Shown: in pieces, positions 23,086 through 34,255 of the stretch
Position numbering within the stretch: the first letter of the stretch is position 1
How the letters are laid out: each line of letters opens with the position of its first letter
DNA from: Hyphochytrium catenoides
Taxonomy: Eukaryota; Protista; Hyphochytriomycota
DNA: 60,021 nucleotides
Assembly (NCBI GenBank): GCA_900088475.1
Contig: FLMG01000513.1
Span: forward strand, 1-60,021
Direction: 5' to 3'
The notes under the pieces: model-generated
The model's input: only the letters and a program-made list of their open reading frames with translations
Database searches by the model: none
Told to the model about the DNA's origin: nothing
Program-made: the position numbers and the translations under genes

Positions 23086-25263
23086 CTACTCTGTCCAGCT
23101 GATGATGACTTGCCCTCCTTCACAGGTAACAGGATTCCCCCCGGCTATCATTACCATCCGCTCTACCGCATAGATCAAGCACCATGGACAAAAGTAAGCG
23201 CCACCAAGAAACATCAGGGTGGCGATAGTAGGCCAGAAATAATGCCTCGGGGTGGCTCTCCACTCCGCCAACAGGTTGATATCATAGGCCCTGCGAAGGA
23301 TTCCCATCACCAACAGAGACTGTACCCAGGCAACCAGAGCTTGAAACAGCACTCTCGGCAGTGTGGCCACCAAGATATGAAGGATAAGCTCAACCTCGGA
23401 TTCCATCAGCGAGGAGCAGGAGGGGGAGATGGCAGTCAGGATCAAAGTGGACATCACCCGAACACCGGCTACAACCCCTATGCTGACATAGCTGGAGAAC
23501 ATCACGGCAAAGACGTAGAGGATCCAAACCTCCTGCAGTGAATAGCGGTAGAAGCTTCTTTCTTCCCCAGCCGTTAGGCTCTTCCCTCGTTGCTGCTCGG
23601 AAACTCTACTGGTTCTCAGCACCAGTATAGGCGCTGGTTTATTCTTTATTTGATCTCTAGAGTCTGTGGGGGTGTCTTTGCGTTGACCTCCGTCATCTGT
23701 CTCTGCAGAGTTCACTTGCTGCTTTACAGGATCTACAGGGTAGGCAACTGGATCAGCGGTTACGGTAGGAGCTCTTTGGTGGTGGTGCTCTCTGACGGAA
23801 GATCGCGTCGATTGGCCCAGCTTCACCTGACCGCAATAACCATAAGCACTCTCATTCTTCAATGTAGTTGTTGAACCGTTGTGAGCTGCGGTTAGTTCAT
23901 TATCTCTGATTGGCACGGAGCCAATCTCTGGCCCGCTTTGCTTAACAAATGAGCCATCTTGGCGGGGGGAGATGGGATAGTTCTTTCGTGCCTCGGAAGG
24001 GAGATTATCGACCGTCTGCACCTTCTTACGACTCGGTTGGTTAAAGAGTGTTGTTCGTCGCCTTCTGAGCACTGTCTTCCAGGAGCGCTCAGAGAGGGCA
24101 TCTCGAACAGAGACAGAGATCAGACCAGCCACAGATATTGCAGCAGACAACACAGTGAGATAATGAAAATTTGCGTCGTCGGAGATGTCCATCATCCGCT
24201 GACCGCAGCTTAAGACAACCACCACCAGAAGCGCAGAGGGAAACCAGTTCGTGCGCATGTTTCGCGGCTGGAAGTAACCCTGGTCGTGCAGGATGTAGCC
24301 TTGGTGACGGATGGCGGTCTGGGAGACCATGGCTCCGAGGGGCAGCAACACACTGGTAAGCATAAACTTTATCCAGGGAGCAATGTTGGACGCCATGAGG
24401 TTGACGTGTAAAGGGAAGATCATCTCTGCAAGGATGATGGCACCGCTGAAGCCAAACATCTGTGGCAGTAGGACCAAGCCTACCAGGCGCCAGCCTGTCG
24501 GCCCGCTCTCCTTTCCATCTGTCCCCGCCTTCGCAGGAAGGGGTCGTGGACCCGCAGCGGATTCCCTAGCCTTGGGAATGGGTTGTGACTTGACAAGCTG
24601 CTGCTCTGCTGCCGTCAAAGATCCTCCAGGCAAGGATTGAGGAGATTTCTCTAGCTCCTGAGCGTAAAGCTTCTCCTTCCTCAGATACTCCGCCAAGCAA
24701 TAGGAGTTTGAGATCACTACCACTGTCACCATCAGACGCCCTGCAAGTCCTGTTAGGTGGTGGACGTACACCATGGCCATGCCGATGAAGGCGTGCATTA
24801 CGATGGCCGCCACATTCGTTCCAATTGTCCACTTTGCGTCTTGCAGGAGTGTCTTCACTCTGTATCCAGCGGAGATCATGGTGTACGCTAGAGGGCAACA
24901 ATTAGCCGCTCCGCCGTCTACAAGGACCTGATAAAGTATTCCGCCCAGAGAGTTCTGCAGCCTGTGGACCACCTCTATGGCGTTCAGCATTGGGATAAAG
25001 CTAGTTCCGGAGGCAGTCGAGGAGGAGGAGGAGGAGAAAGAAAGACCATGATGGTCCTCTCCTGGTGAGGTTGATCGGTCTGCGGATCTGTCCGTACAAT
25101 CTGACTCGTTGTGGTTGGAGCAGTACGGATACGTGAAGACCAACGTCTTGAGGGCGTAAAGGATGCCCAGTGCGACGACAAAAGAGTAGACCAGGGCCCA
25201 AAGACAGAAGATCATCATAGAGCAGACCTCCCAAAGCCGCTTTCTGATCTTCATCCCTACCAT
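23086..25263 (-). CDS. Multi-pass (~11 TM) membrane protein of unknown family, paralogue B
   Basis: Intronless ORF of ~725 aa with ~11 hydrophobic segments and two long low-complexity loops. Clear paralogue of 19401-21421. Confidence 0.85.
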   Translation of the reverse strand: MVGMKIRKRLWEVCSMMIFCLWALVYSFVVALGILYALKTLVFTYPYCSNHNESDCTDRSADRSTSPGEDHHGLSFSSSSSSTASGTSFIPMLNAIEVVHRLQNSLGGILYQVLVDGGAANCCPLAYTMISAGYRVKTLLQDAKWTIGTNVAAIVMHAFIGMAMVYVHHLTGLAGRLMVTVVVISNSYCLAEYLRKEKLYAQELEKSPQSLPGGSLTAAEQQLVKSQPIPKARESAAGPRPLPAKAGTDGKESGPTGWRLVGLVLLPQMFGFSGAIILAEMIFPLHVNLMASNIAPWIKFMLTSVLLPLGAMVSQTAIRHQGYILHDQGYFQPRNMRTNWFPSALLVVVVLSCGQRMMDISDDANFHYLTVLSAAISVAGLISVSVRDALSERSWKTVLRRRRTTLFNQPSRKKVQTVDNLPSEARKNYPISPRQDGSFVKQSGPEIGSVPIRDNELTAAHNGSTTTLKNESAYGYCGQVKLGQSTRSSVREHHHQRAPTVTADPVAYPVDPVKQQVNSAETDDGGQRKDTPTDSRDQIKNKPAPILVLRTSRVSEQQRGKSLTAGEERSFYRYSLQEVWILYVFAVMFSSYVSIGVVAGVRVMSTLILTAISPSCSSLMESEVELILHILVATLPRVLFQALVAWVQSLLVMGILRRAYDINLLAEWRATPRHYFWPTIATLMFLGGAYFCPWCLIYAVERMVMIAGGNPVTCEGGQVIISWTE

Positions 25264-25741
25264 CCGCAATCCTTGACACCCTACAACGTCTCTTTCATAG
25301 CCACATCACCAGAAAGCGAAGAGCATAAGAGTCCGCCCTGGACGACCCTGAGGAGAGGCGTCATGAGGAGCTGTAAGCCCAGTAGTAAGGACCTATGGAG
25401 GGCATCATCCTCCGCAAGGACTCCTCTCCTCTTGTTCAGTTTTTATATTTTTCTTCATCACCGCAACTCGACAAAGTCCCGCCAACAAGCCAAAGGCCAG
25501 CTCACGATCACGTGGCGGTTATCCCCATAAGGCCAGCGGTGGTACGATCTAAGAAGAACAGCAAGGAAGCAAAGGCCATGAGGGATATAAAGGTGGACCC
25601 AAGCAGAGCTGGCTCTAAGAGCTTGACAACAGTCCCTCCTCACTTTGTTGCCTGCTTGTTACTGCTTATCCCAGCGTGCCATTGAGAGTAAGGAGGTACT
25701 TTATTAATCACAAGGACGCTAAAGAGCTGTGTTGGCCTTCT

Positions 25742-25829
25742 CCTGCCTGGAGTACATCTTTATTTTCTTCCTCGATTCATTGTAACCTGCCTGGAGTACA
25801 TCTTTATTTTCTTCCTCGATTCATCGTAA
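25742..25829 (+). repeat. 44-bp tandem duplication (one mismatch)
   Basis: CCTGCCTGGAGTACATCTTTATTTTCTTCCTCGATTCAT(T/C)GTAA x2. Confidence 0.9.
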
Positions 25830-27156
25830 CCTCACCAGGGAACTGGCTGGTGGAGGTGTATGGCCCACCAGACGGCGGAGGACAGATCACAAGGCAAGCT
25901 GCTTGACTCTATCAACAACGAGGGCAGAACAACAACACTGGCGACGTGCTTCTCCCTCCTCTCTTCTTCACATCCCGGGCAAGTAGACCTCACCACTCAT
26001 CAAAGACCCGGAGCAGCACCTGAGCTACGTCTGTCTCACTTCCTAGTCTAGAGAGAGCAAGGCGGTAAGGGAAGAGGAAGGTTGGAGAGCAAGAGGAGAG
26101 GGGAGAGAGATAGGAGGAGCACTGGTTGGAGTCCGTGATGAGGGTCGTTACACTTGCCACACTAGTCGTGAGGATTAGTAATATCCTTAGTTATTATGCC
26201 GCAAGATGACTCAAATTGGGACGCTTTGTTCCAAATAACACACCTTGGCGGGACATGGCTTGATAACGGGCTGAATCTTGGCAGATCTTGCGGTTTGCCT
26301 CCCTCTTCCCCTCATAGATGTCACGACGATCATCCTCGTGTCTGTCTGTTGGCACCGTCACCGGCTCACTTACTGAACCAGTGGTAAAGGTAAGGGCGAC
26401 GGTACTGTCCAACAGAGAGCTAATAGCATGGTGATGACCGCGTCTCCCGATAACTGTTCCTTCTCTTGATTGGTCACTCTCAGCCTATTATCATCATCCC
26501 AACCCGCAGGAGGCCCCTGCTGCTGCTGCCTTTCTAGCTGTCTCTTCCTCCTCCTAGTAGTGGTTCAGATAGGAAGAGAAGAAGCTTCCTCCCTCCTGCT
26601 GCTGTTGTGCTCCCTAGATCCCCTCTCCTATCCCTTTGTATACCTCCTCCTGCTTGTGGTGACCGTGCTTCGCATGGCGTTGTCTACTTCTTCCAGTTGT
26701 CTCTTCTGATGCTTTCGGCTTCTTGCAATTGTTTGATACGTCCCTGTTCACCCCTCTCTCTGGGTTGGACCATGATCATTTTGTACTCTCCGGGTCGTGG
26801 CGGCTATCCTCATCCTGCACTGTTCCCGTTTAATCGCGCAGCGCTACTGGGAGCTCAGGAACCATTCCATTTGTCAGATTATAGCTACGTTTTTATTCAG
26901 CCTAATGCTCATCGGTCCCAGATGGAGCGGCCATAGCAGAGCACGCAGGCTATTCACGAGGAGATACTCGAAGAGTCGTCAGAGATGTAATTGAGAAATC
27001 AAGAGCTTCTCTGCTTAGTGTTGACATCACCAGTGTTAGTGAACATAATCGATGCGATGTTGTCACAATCCTATGTCACACTGTGACTGTACCAAGGACT
27101 TACACCATACTTCGTTAGGATAGTCGACGAGGTGGTGCGGTGCTGAAGCATCGGCT

Positions 27157-28493
27157 TTATTCTCGCTTCTTGCCATTCAGTTTTTGTCTAAGTCTATCTA
27201 CCGTCTTTACCACTGACGCAGCCACCAGAGCAGAGATCATGAAGATCCATATGTAGAAGATCTGCTGATCGCAGGTGATAGCTGAGGACACTTGAGCTGG
27301 ACTACAATCACTAGGAGGCACAAAGACTGGGATTGATGAGGTGTCTTCGGTCTTCTGCGTGGGTTTGCATCGCGTGGGACAGTTGGTCTTATGATAATGA
27401 TAGCCAAGAAAAGCAAGAAGAGCGACCACATAGCAGGAGACCGCGAAACCTTGGGTCCAATTCGCGGTCAGACGTTGCCTATCATCATCTTTTTCCTGGG
27501 AGTGCTTCCACATCACAAATCTGAACTTGCCGCACTTCACGTTCATGAAGTTTCCACCTTCATAGACGACTTTGCATTTGAGGTCTGACTCTGAAGCTAC
27601 GACGTGCCAAAGAGGGCCAGACAACGCCGTCAATTGGTTCTAGAGGGGCCAAAAAGAGGTTGCAAGAGTGAGAGAGAAGGTCTTCAGGCGTGGTGCTACA
27701 TTAGCTTACCTTAAGGAGCTGGGCTGCTTGTTCATCACATGAGGCCCGTGATGAGACACTGCGGACGAGCTTCAAGACCTCTGCCATCCGCCCTGGCCCC
27801 ATATCAGAGAAAACTACCTTAGGCGTCCTAAAGATTGTGGAGATGCTTCGTAAATTTTTCGCACGGTTAAGTCTGATCTGGGTGAGCTTACAAAGTGTCT
27901 TCCTTAGTATGAATTTCGGGAATGACTTGTTTAGGCAGTGTGCCGAACTGGGCTGGGGCACTTTTGAATAACAGCACCTTGACGCCAGCCTTAGCATCGT
28001 TCATCACGACACAATAGCCTTTGCGCTGATTGACAAGGATTGGAGAGATCACAATGGGTGCCGGGGAAGTTGAAAAGACAAGGATAACTTACGAAGCGGA
28101 TGTCGACAGAGAAGTCCGTTCCGATGACGCAGTGCCACTCCAGGCCAAACTGTGAGATACCGATTAAGACAAGGCAAGTGATTGGGTGTCGGTCGTGATA
28201 GTGAAGATCAAGTCACAAACCTCTTTGTCAAACTCTTCTTTGAGCTGTGTGACGAAGTCACCAACCTTAGGCCTCGTGGATTTCCAAAGTCTATCTGCTG
28301 ACTAATTGCACGCGCCAGGGTTAGGAAGTTGCTCATCGTCACGAGGCTGTTCTTGGGGCATGTACGTGGGACAGCCTACCTCCTTTGCGAATGTTGCGAT
28401 GGCAAGGTTAACTTGAGGGACAGTTCCAACGACGAAGCCTTTGTACTGATTTCCTGAGCCTGAAGCTCTTTTGGTTGCCCTCTTGGCACTCAT
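27157..28493 (-). CDS. Protein with two dynein light chain LC8-like domains and two C-terminal TM helices (6 exons)
   Basis: Exons 28493-28380, 28301-28221, 28149-28093, 28025-27892, 27827-27710 and 27639-27157 splice in frame. Domain 1: QLKEEFDKEFGLEWHCVIGTDF...VLLFKS. Domain 2: VVFSDM...AAQLLKNQLTALSGPLWHVV...FVMWKH. Two hydrophobic helices follow. Confidence 0.8.
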
Positions 28494-29399
28494 GTTTATA
28501 GCCTAAAATATTGCTACGTCTTTTACGTCGTTGCAGCGTCGTCTATCGCACTCGGCAGCCTCCAAGCCCGCGGATGCTCTCACTAGCAGCCAGATTCTGA
28601 TGATTGGCTGATGCCAAGCGGGGTCGCCCTTCAAGATACCTGGTCCTACCGGTATTACCGGTAGAGTTAAGAGCTGACCTATCTCCAAGACCGGAGGAGG
28701 AACCACAACTCCCTCTCCCTTCCAGGGAAGGGCAGATGGCCTGAGTAGAGCCTGGCGAGTCAGCCCAGTGCACCTCTATTGTGGCGAGCTCTCACGTTGA
28801 TGGTCCCGTACCTATCAACCGATCATCAGTCTGTCTCAAGAACTGCTAACATCAACCTTGGAGCCTGTGAGGCCCATCAACCTGGCTTCGCCCTTTCACT
28901 CTCAGGCATACAGTTCTGCTCAAGCTACTCGAGTGAGTGCCTCAGAGGAGCGATCTATCCAACCACTGACCAGCCCAGCCTCATCAGAATCACAGAACAG
29001 AAGAGCCAGCAACAGAAGAAGAGAGGGTAAGGGCTCCCTGTCGGCCCCCAGGACTTCCGGGTCTTCCACAGATCGACCCCAGTAGTTGGCTTTGGTTGTC
29101 CTTTGAAGAAGCGAAGCGGCAGCGACGCCCAGCAGCGCAACGCCAACTTCCTCGTTCACATCGGCAATGTGAAGCTTAAGTCGGCCAGTGGTCTCCTCTC
29201 GAGCTCTTTGAAGACTCTTTCCTAATCCTTACGGCTGCGCCTGTCATCCACGGAGCAAACCAAGCAGTACCTTATTGCAAGCTTGTGAAAATGGTGGTTT
29301 GCTAAGACGTGGTGGAGCATCTAGCAGCGGACAACCATGTCTTGCTGTCGCCGAGCAAACGGGATATCGCCCAAGATCTTGGCGTCTCTGACGGATAAG

Positions 29400-30250
29400 C
29401 TTCGCGCCATAGAGAAGTATTATCCTGGCACTTCTTTTGCGGCGATCTTGACTACATCAGGAGAGTTAGTGTGAGTGAGAAGGCTAAAGGTGCCACATTT
29501 GAATCTGTAGTGACAATTGTTCTCCCTCTTCGGGCTTCCTTTACAGTGTGTCCAGCAACAAACAGTCGGCCAAGCAGGACGAGCTCTTCCGAGTAATTGC
29601 TTCTTTAAAGCGAGCGGCAATACAATTTGGTAGGCAGCCTCTTTCCTAGTGGACTCGATGTTCGCGGAGAAACGTTAGATTGACTCCTTGCATTGATTCC
29701 CTATTAGCAAGTACTTTGGATCAATCAGATTGTCCCGTCATGCATATTGCCGGCGAGAAGACTCTATTTTCTTGCTATGACATCACCACGCAACTTCCAG
29801 ATGCCGAAAGATTTGTAAGTTGCCAGGGTCTATCTTATCGCGATTCATGCTTTCCCTGATATGTTGGCTTACTTTGTTCGACACAGCTCCTTGCCTTCTT
29901 CACAGAGTTCACGGACACACCGCCATCCGACTTTTCTGGTGCAGATGAGCAGATGGCAGGCGTTGTCGAAGACCTTCGGCAGCTGCTGCGAAATCTGATG
30001 ATATGATCTCTCTTCAGGGAGAGTCACGACCGTATATCCTAGCACTATCTCAATCTATTTATTAAGGCTTTAGCGCCTTCTCCACAATTGACAGGATATG
30101 GGAAGTCCAAAGGGATAAGAACCAACTCTTTAAGAAGTTCATTTTCCACGCTTGTCAATGCCTAAACAGAGACGGGCAGTGTCCTGCATTGACACTATGC
30201 CTGCCTTAAATGAGGGAGAACATGAAAGGTGTCAGAAGTCAGAACAGCTC
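29400..30250 (-). mobile_element. Possible highly decayed Mutator/MULE transposase relic
   Basis: Frame-broken fragments ALTSVENE..(K)SWFL and KVFDNACHLLIC resemble MULE E-N..SW.WFL and VFP.A.H..C motifs. Many stop codons. Confidence 0.3.
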
Positions 30251-31760
30251 CTTGGTGCAGTCAAGGAATGGAATGGGACTTTGCCGGACAGATGAACGCT
30301 ACCTGCCTCTTTATGAAGCTTCCCAGTACTTAGTCTTGGCATCTTCTTTCGTTCTTCTTTAGGCCTCATCGATGTTGCTTCACTCTCATTGCTCCTTTTA
30401 AACTTCTCCGCCCATCGTCGTCAAGAATTGCGGCCCTCGTCCCTGAAAATTTCAATCCGTCTTGATGTTGGGCAGAGCCATGGATCCGGTCAATCACGCT
30501 TCTTTTTATAGTCCTGAGTCATATGACATAAGCCTCGTAGGTGATTGAAGATGTGGCCTTATTCATCACAAGAACAAAGAAGCTGACCTCTCTTGCGTAA
30601 GGGCATTTCTTTTATTGCCTTTAGAGCAAGTAGTACCGCCATTATGGTTGCTGCTGCAGATGAATGGACCGACGCAAACCCGGTTGAATATTCAGAGAAC
30701 CAGATTGTTCCCTTAAAGCTCTTCCATATAGGGAAAGTCTCACAGCCAACAATGAACGATCGGCATACAGAACAACAGTCCTAACAATAACCGGGGACCA
30801 ACAAGGTAGACGGACCAGCCTAAAGCGTCACCAAAAAGGCAGGCAAACAAGCGAGCATGTCGGGGTGCAGAGGTCAACACCGCTGATGGCTTGCAATGGC
30901 CAACAGCAAGGACGCAGATGGTTGGTCTTGAAGAAGCCTCAGATAACCACTAGCAATTCATAACTTTCTCAGACTACGAGATCAGAATAAGCGCTGTCCC
31001 TGACAGCTCTCATGTACTTGAGTGAGATAGAAAGACTCAAGCTTAAACCGGCATACGAGATTCCAGGCCTGTATGTACACCAGCCGATTAAACTCTCCCT
31101 CAAGGGGCTGACTTGTTGCTAATGCTCGCACTCATGTATGGCTATCGAGGCCCAGTCGTATACTTCTCTAGAATAAAACAATCTCTTAATGTGTTAATGC
31201 AGGGCTTCTTCGAACGGCCCCTTAGGCTCCTAACAGAAGCGACGATACTTCGTCGCTGTAGAGAACATTCTTCAGGTGAGATGAGAAGAAATGTGTCCTT
31301 GATGGTCACTGCTACTCCCCGGTCAGTAACAGACATGTACTTTGTCTTGGCTGGGTGTAAAAGCATCACGTGTGGTCCGGTTACCAGTTCCTATTGATCA
31401 GAGTCAAGTCCATGCTAGTAGGCAGTGGATTCTCACGAAGAAGGCTGAAGGGCTTGCCCAGTCATAGAAAAGCAGGTACAAAATAATCTTCAGCTTGAAC
31501 CTTTCCTACTCCTTCGTACGCTCAGTCAGAGTGGCTGCAAGTCAACCTACCAACGCGCTTGGTGACACAATAAACTGGCAAACGGGATATCGGATTTTAT
31601 TGCCTCCTTCAAGGGCTTTATTGACGGTAATAAGCTACTCCTATAGCAGTTCTACTACTGCTACCTGCTTCACGACCTCTGCCATTCAGCCGCTATTATA
31701 TATTACCTCTATAACCTGTTTCATTGAACTGGTCTCTGTCTAAGACTTCCTTCGTGTCAG

Positions 31761-32609
31761 CTACCTGAGAAGACACATAGCCGTTAGTAACAACGCCACC
31801 ATGCCACCCCAGTTCTGCACCCTTAGTACTGGTGCATTTGAAGAAGGAATCGGCTGAGACGAGGGTAAGCCTGTATCGTCATTAGGCTGAGCTGTCAACG
31901 ATGAGCCGTTGTCCTGTCCCTCTTCGGTTGGGGTGACGGTCGTGGCCGTAGGGGCTGCAGTCTGCGCAGTTATATTAGCTGCTGTTGACGGCAGCGGCGC
32001 CACAGTTGCTGTTGCTGGGGAGCGAGTCGTTGGACGGGTCGTGGATGGCGAGGGTGTTGATGTTGGAAGAGGAGAAGGAGTCGTGACCGCAGTGGGCTTC
32101 GTCGAAGGCTCTGGCATAGCCGTTGTTGGGCTGGGAGTAGGTGTTGCTTGTGGCGGCGGGGCGGTGGATGGCTGCTGGCTTTGAGCCCACCCCTGCGGGT
32201 ACTTTATGTATTGTGGCTCATTGGGACCCCCCGTTGCCAGAATCGCTTGCTCTGCTGCCGGATATTCAGGACATTGTCCAGCAGGTAGGAAGACCTCTTT
32301 TCCATCTTTTGTCATGCAGCAGTCTTCCGTGGTCTGACTATGCCTCAACTGATCTCTGCAGCAATAGATATACTGTGCATACTCGGAGTTCCCTCTTGTA
32401 TACCGCATATAGTTCAGAGTGTCGACAGAGACTTGGCGATATTCTGTGTAATCATAGCGAAGATTAACGCATTTGTAAGCAGTCCCACAGCAGCCGGAAA
32501 CACCTGGCGGTGCCGCGAGAAGAGAGACCGCTGCCACAAGAAGGGCTGACGTTAGGAAACTCCTTGCCCCTTCTCCAAGTCTTAGAAACGACGATGCCAT
32601 TGTCACCAT
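31761..32609 (-). CDS. Secreted, probably GPI-anchored surface protein (Cys-rich head plus Thr/Pro mucin-like stalk)
   Basis: Hydrophobic signal segment, Cys-rich domain (CC, C, CC, CC, C), TPTPSPTT-rich stalk, SS followed by a hydrophobic C-terminal tail. Intronless. Confidence 0.75.
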   Translation of the reverse strand: MVTMASSFLRLGEGARSFLTSALLVAAVSLLAAPPGVSGCCGTAYKCVNLRYDYTEYRQVSVDTLNYMRYTRGNSEYAQYIYCCRDQLRHSQTTEDCCMTKDGKEVFLPAGQCPEYPAAEQAILATGGPNEPQYIKYPQGWAQSQQPSTAPPPQATPTPSPTTAMPEPSTKPTAVTTPSPLPTSTPSPSTTRPTTRSPATATVAPLPSTAANITAQTAAPTATTVTPTEEGQDNGSSLTAQPNDDTGLPSSQPIPSSNAPVLRVQNWGGMVALLLTAMCLLR

Positions 32610-34255
32610 TGTATGTTAATATTGCCAGGGGTGGCGTTTGCTGAAAGAGGATATGCTTTTATAATGCTCTTACACAGTGGCATCAACCTAGGAGCTTCTC
32701 CTTTCTTGGAAACAGGGAGAAGAAACCTGAGCACTGGAGGGCTCTTGCTAGGTTGTGAGGCACAGAGACGACCCATGATCACCGCGGACGACCAACCAAG
32801 TGCTCCTTCCTCTTCTCCTTCCTCTACACAGTTGCCCATCAACACTCTCAAGCAGTAGCAGTTCTATCAAGCAGAAGTTACCCTCTTCCGTCTTTGACAG
32901 ACAGAGCCTAGCAGCAGATGAAGGACAAGTGCAAAGCTGTCCTCGTTTTCGCCATCAGTGGCCAGTCCCACTCTGTGGTGGGTGAGGAGGTGACGGAGCG
33001 AGCTGCTAATGGCCAAAGGTCATCCTTGAGTGGACAAGGTCCCGGAATTACGACGGAACATTGCCGAAAGTAAAAGGAAGGTCGTTTTCACTGAGGGTCA
33101 AAACCATCCCCACTACAGTTCCTACCCAAACTGAGCAGTAGAACCCGAAATGCTGTGAGGATGCAGACTGCTCTTCAACACCAGCAACTGAGAAAGGTCA
33201 GACGCATCATCACCGAGCAGGAACATCAGCAGCAGCTGCAAGCTCTCTTCTGCAGACCTCTCTCAAGCAATGTAGAGAGAGAGAGAGGAAGAAGCTGACT
33301 CGACTGCCATGATGTTGTCCGCTATTCTAGCAGCAGGAGGACTGACTGCATGTACTTAGCTCTACGGGGAACGACCAGCATGGAGTGAAGGGAAAGGGGA
33401 CTCTTCCCTCTGACATCATCATAATAGCTGCAACACTCCTATAGTGAGCGCCATCCTCCCGTCTCAGAAACCAGATCTTTACGTCGTTACCTTCGTCTGT
33501 TTCTTTGGAAGCTACGTCAGGAGTTCTGTCCACCGAGCAAACGCTGTGCGGGCGGTTGATGTGAATACACGAGGGTGATACAATGGGAACAGGCGGTCAC
33601 AGAGCCAGATCAAACGCGGTATCAGGGTCAAGGGTGGAGTAGGGAATCCATGGAGGCTATCAGAAGGTAGCCTAATGAAGATCAAATGGCCTCGCGCTAA
33701 CTAATAGTGGCGCTCCTTATACCACTCTTCTTCTCCGTCTCTTCAATCCCTCTTTCCACTTGAACTTGCACTGGTTAGTCTATTATATAGAGCTTGTCTC
33801 CCTGCCGCAGGGGTTATCAAATTAGAAGTAGGACTAGGTATCTGGCTTCTCTAATCACACTAGCTGTCCCAATTGGCCTCGTACTCTTCGAAGTCTTGAT
33901 GTTTATGAACCTTCTCTTCCCTCCATCTTTTTTTGGCGTTAATGCCCTCAGTCCCTTGTCCATCTGCCCCAGATCGCTCCTTTAAGTGGTTGATCTTTGC
34001 TCTTTGGCTCTCAATAACTTTTATCTATACTCGGTTGCTAGTCTTGTCCTTCAACCCATCAGTAGCCGCTGGAACAACCTAAAGAAATCAAGCACCACTA
34101 CTGGTGACTAGCACCAGTCCTCTGATGCCATTAATGCCCTTCTTCTTAGATGTCAGGGTCCTGGGTTCTTTCCTCCACCAAGAGTTCCTAGATGCAGGAT
34201 GAAATCCATCTTCAGCCTCTTTTGTGTCTTGGCCCTTAGTTATCCTCTGAGCAAA

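Noticed and set aside
31142-31400. LLHPAKTKYM resembling a LINE reverse-transcriptase C-terminal motif
   Set aside because: A single short motif with no YADD core nearby.
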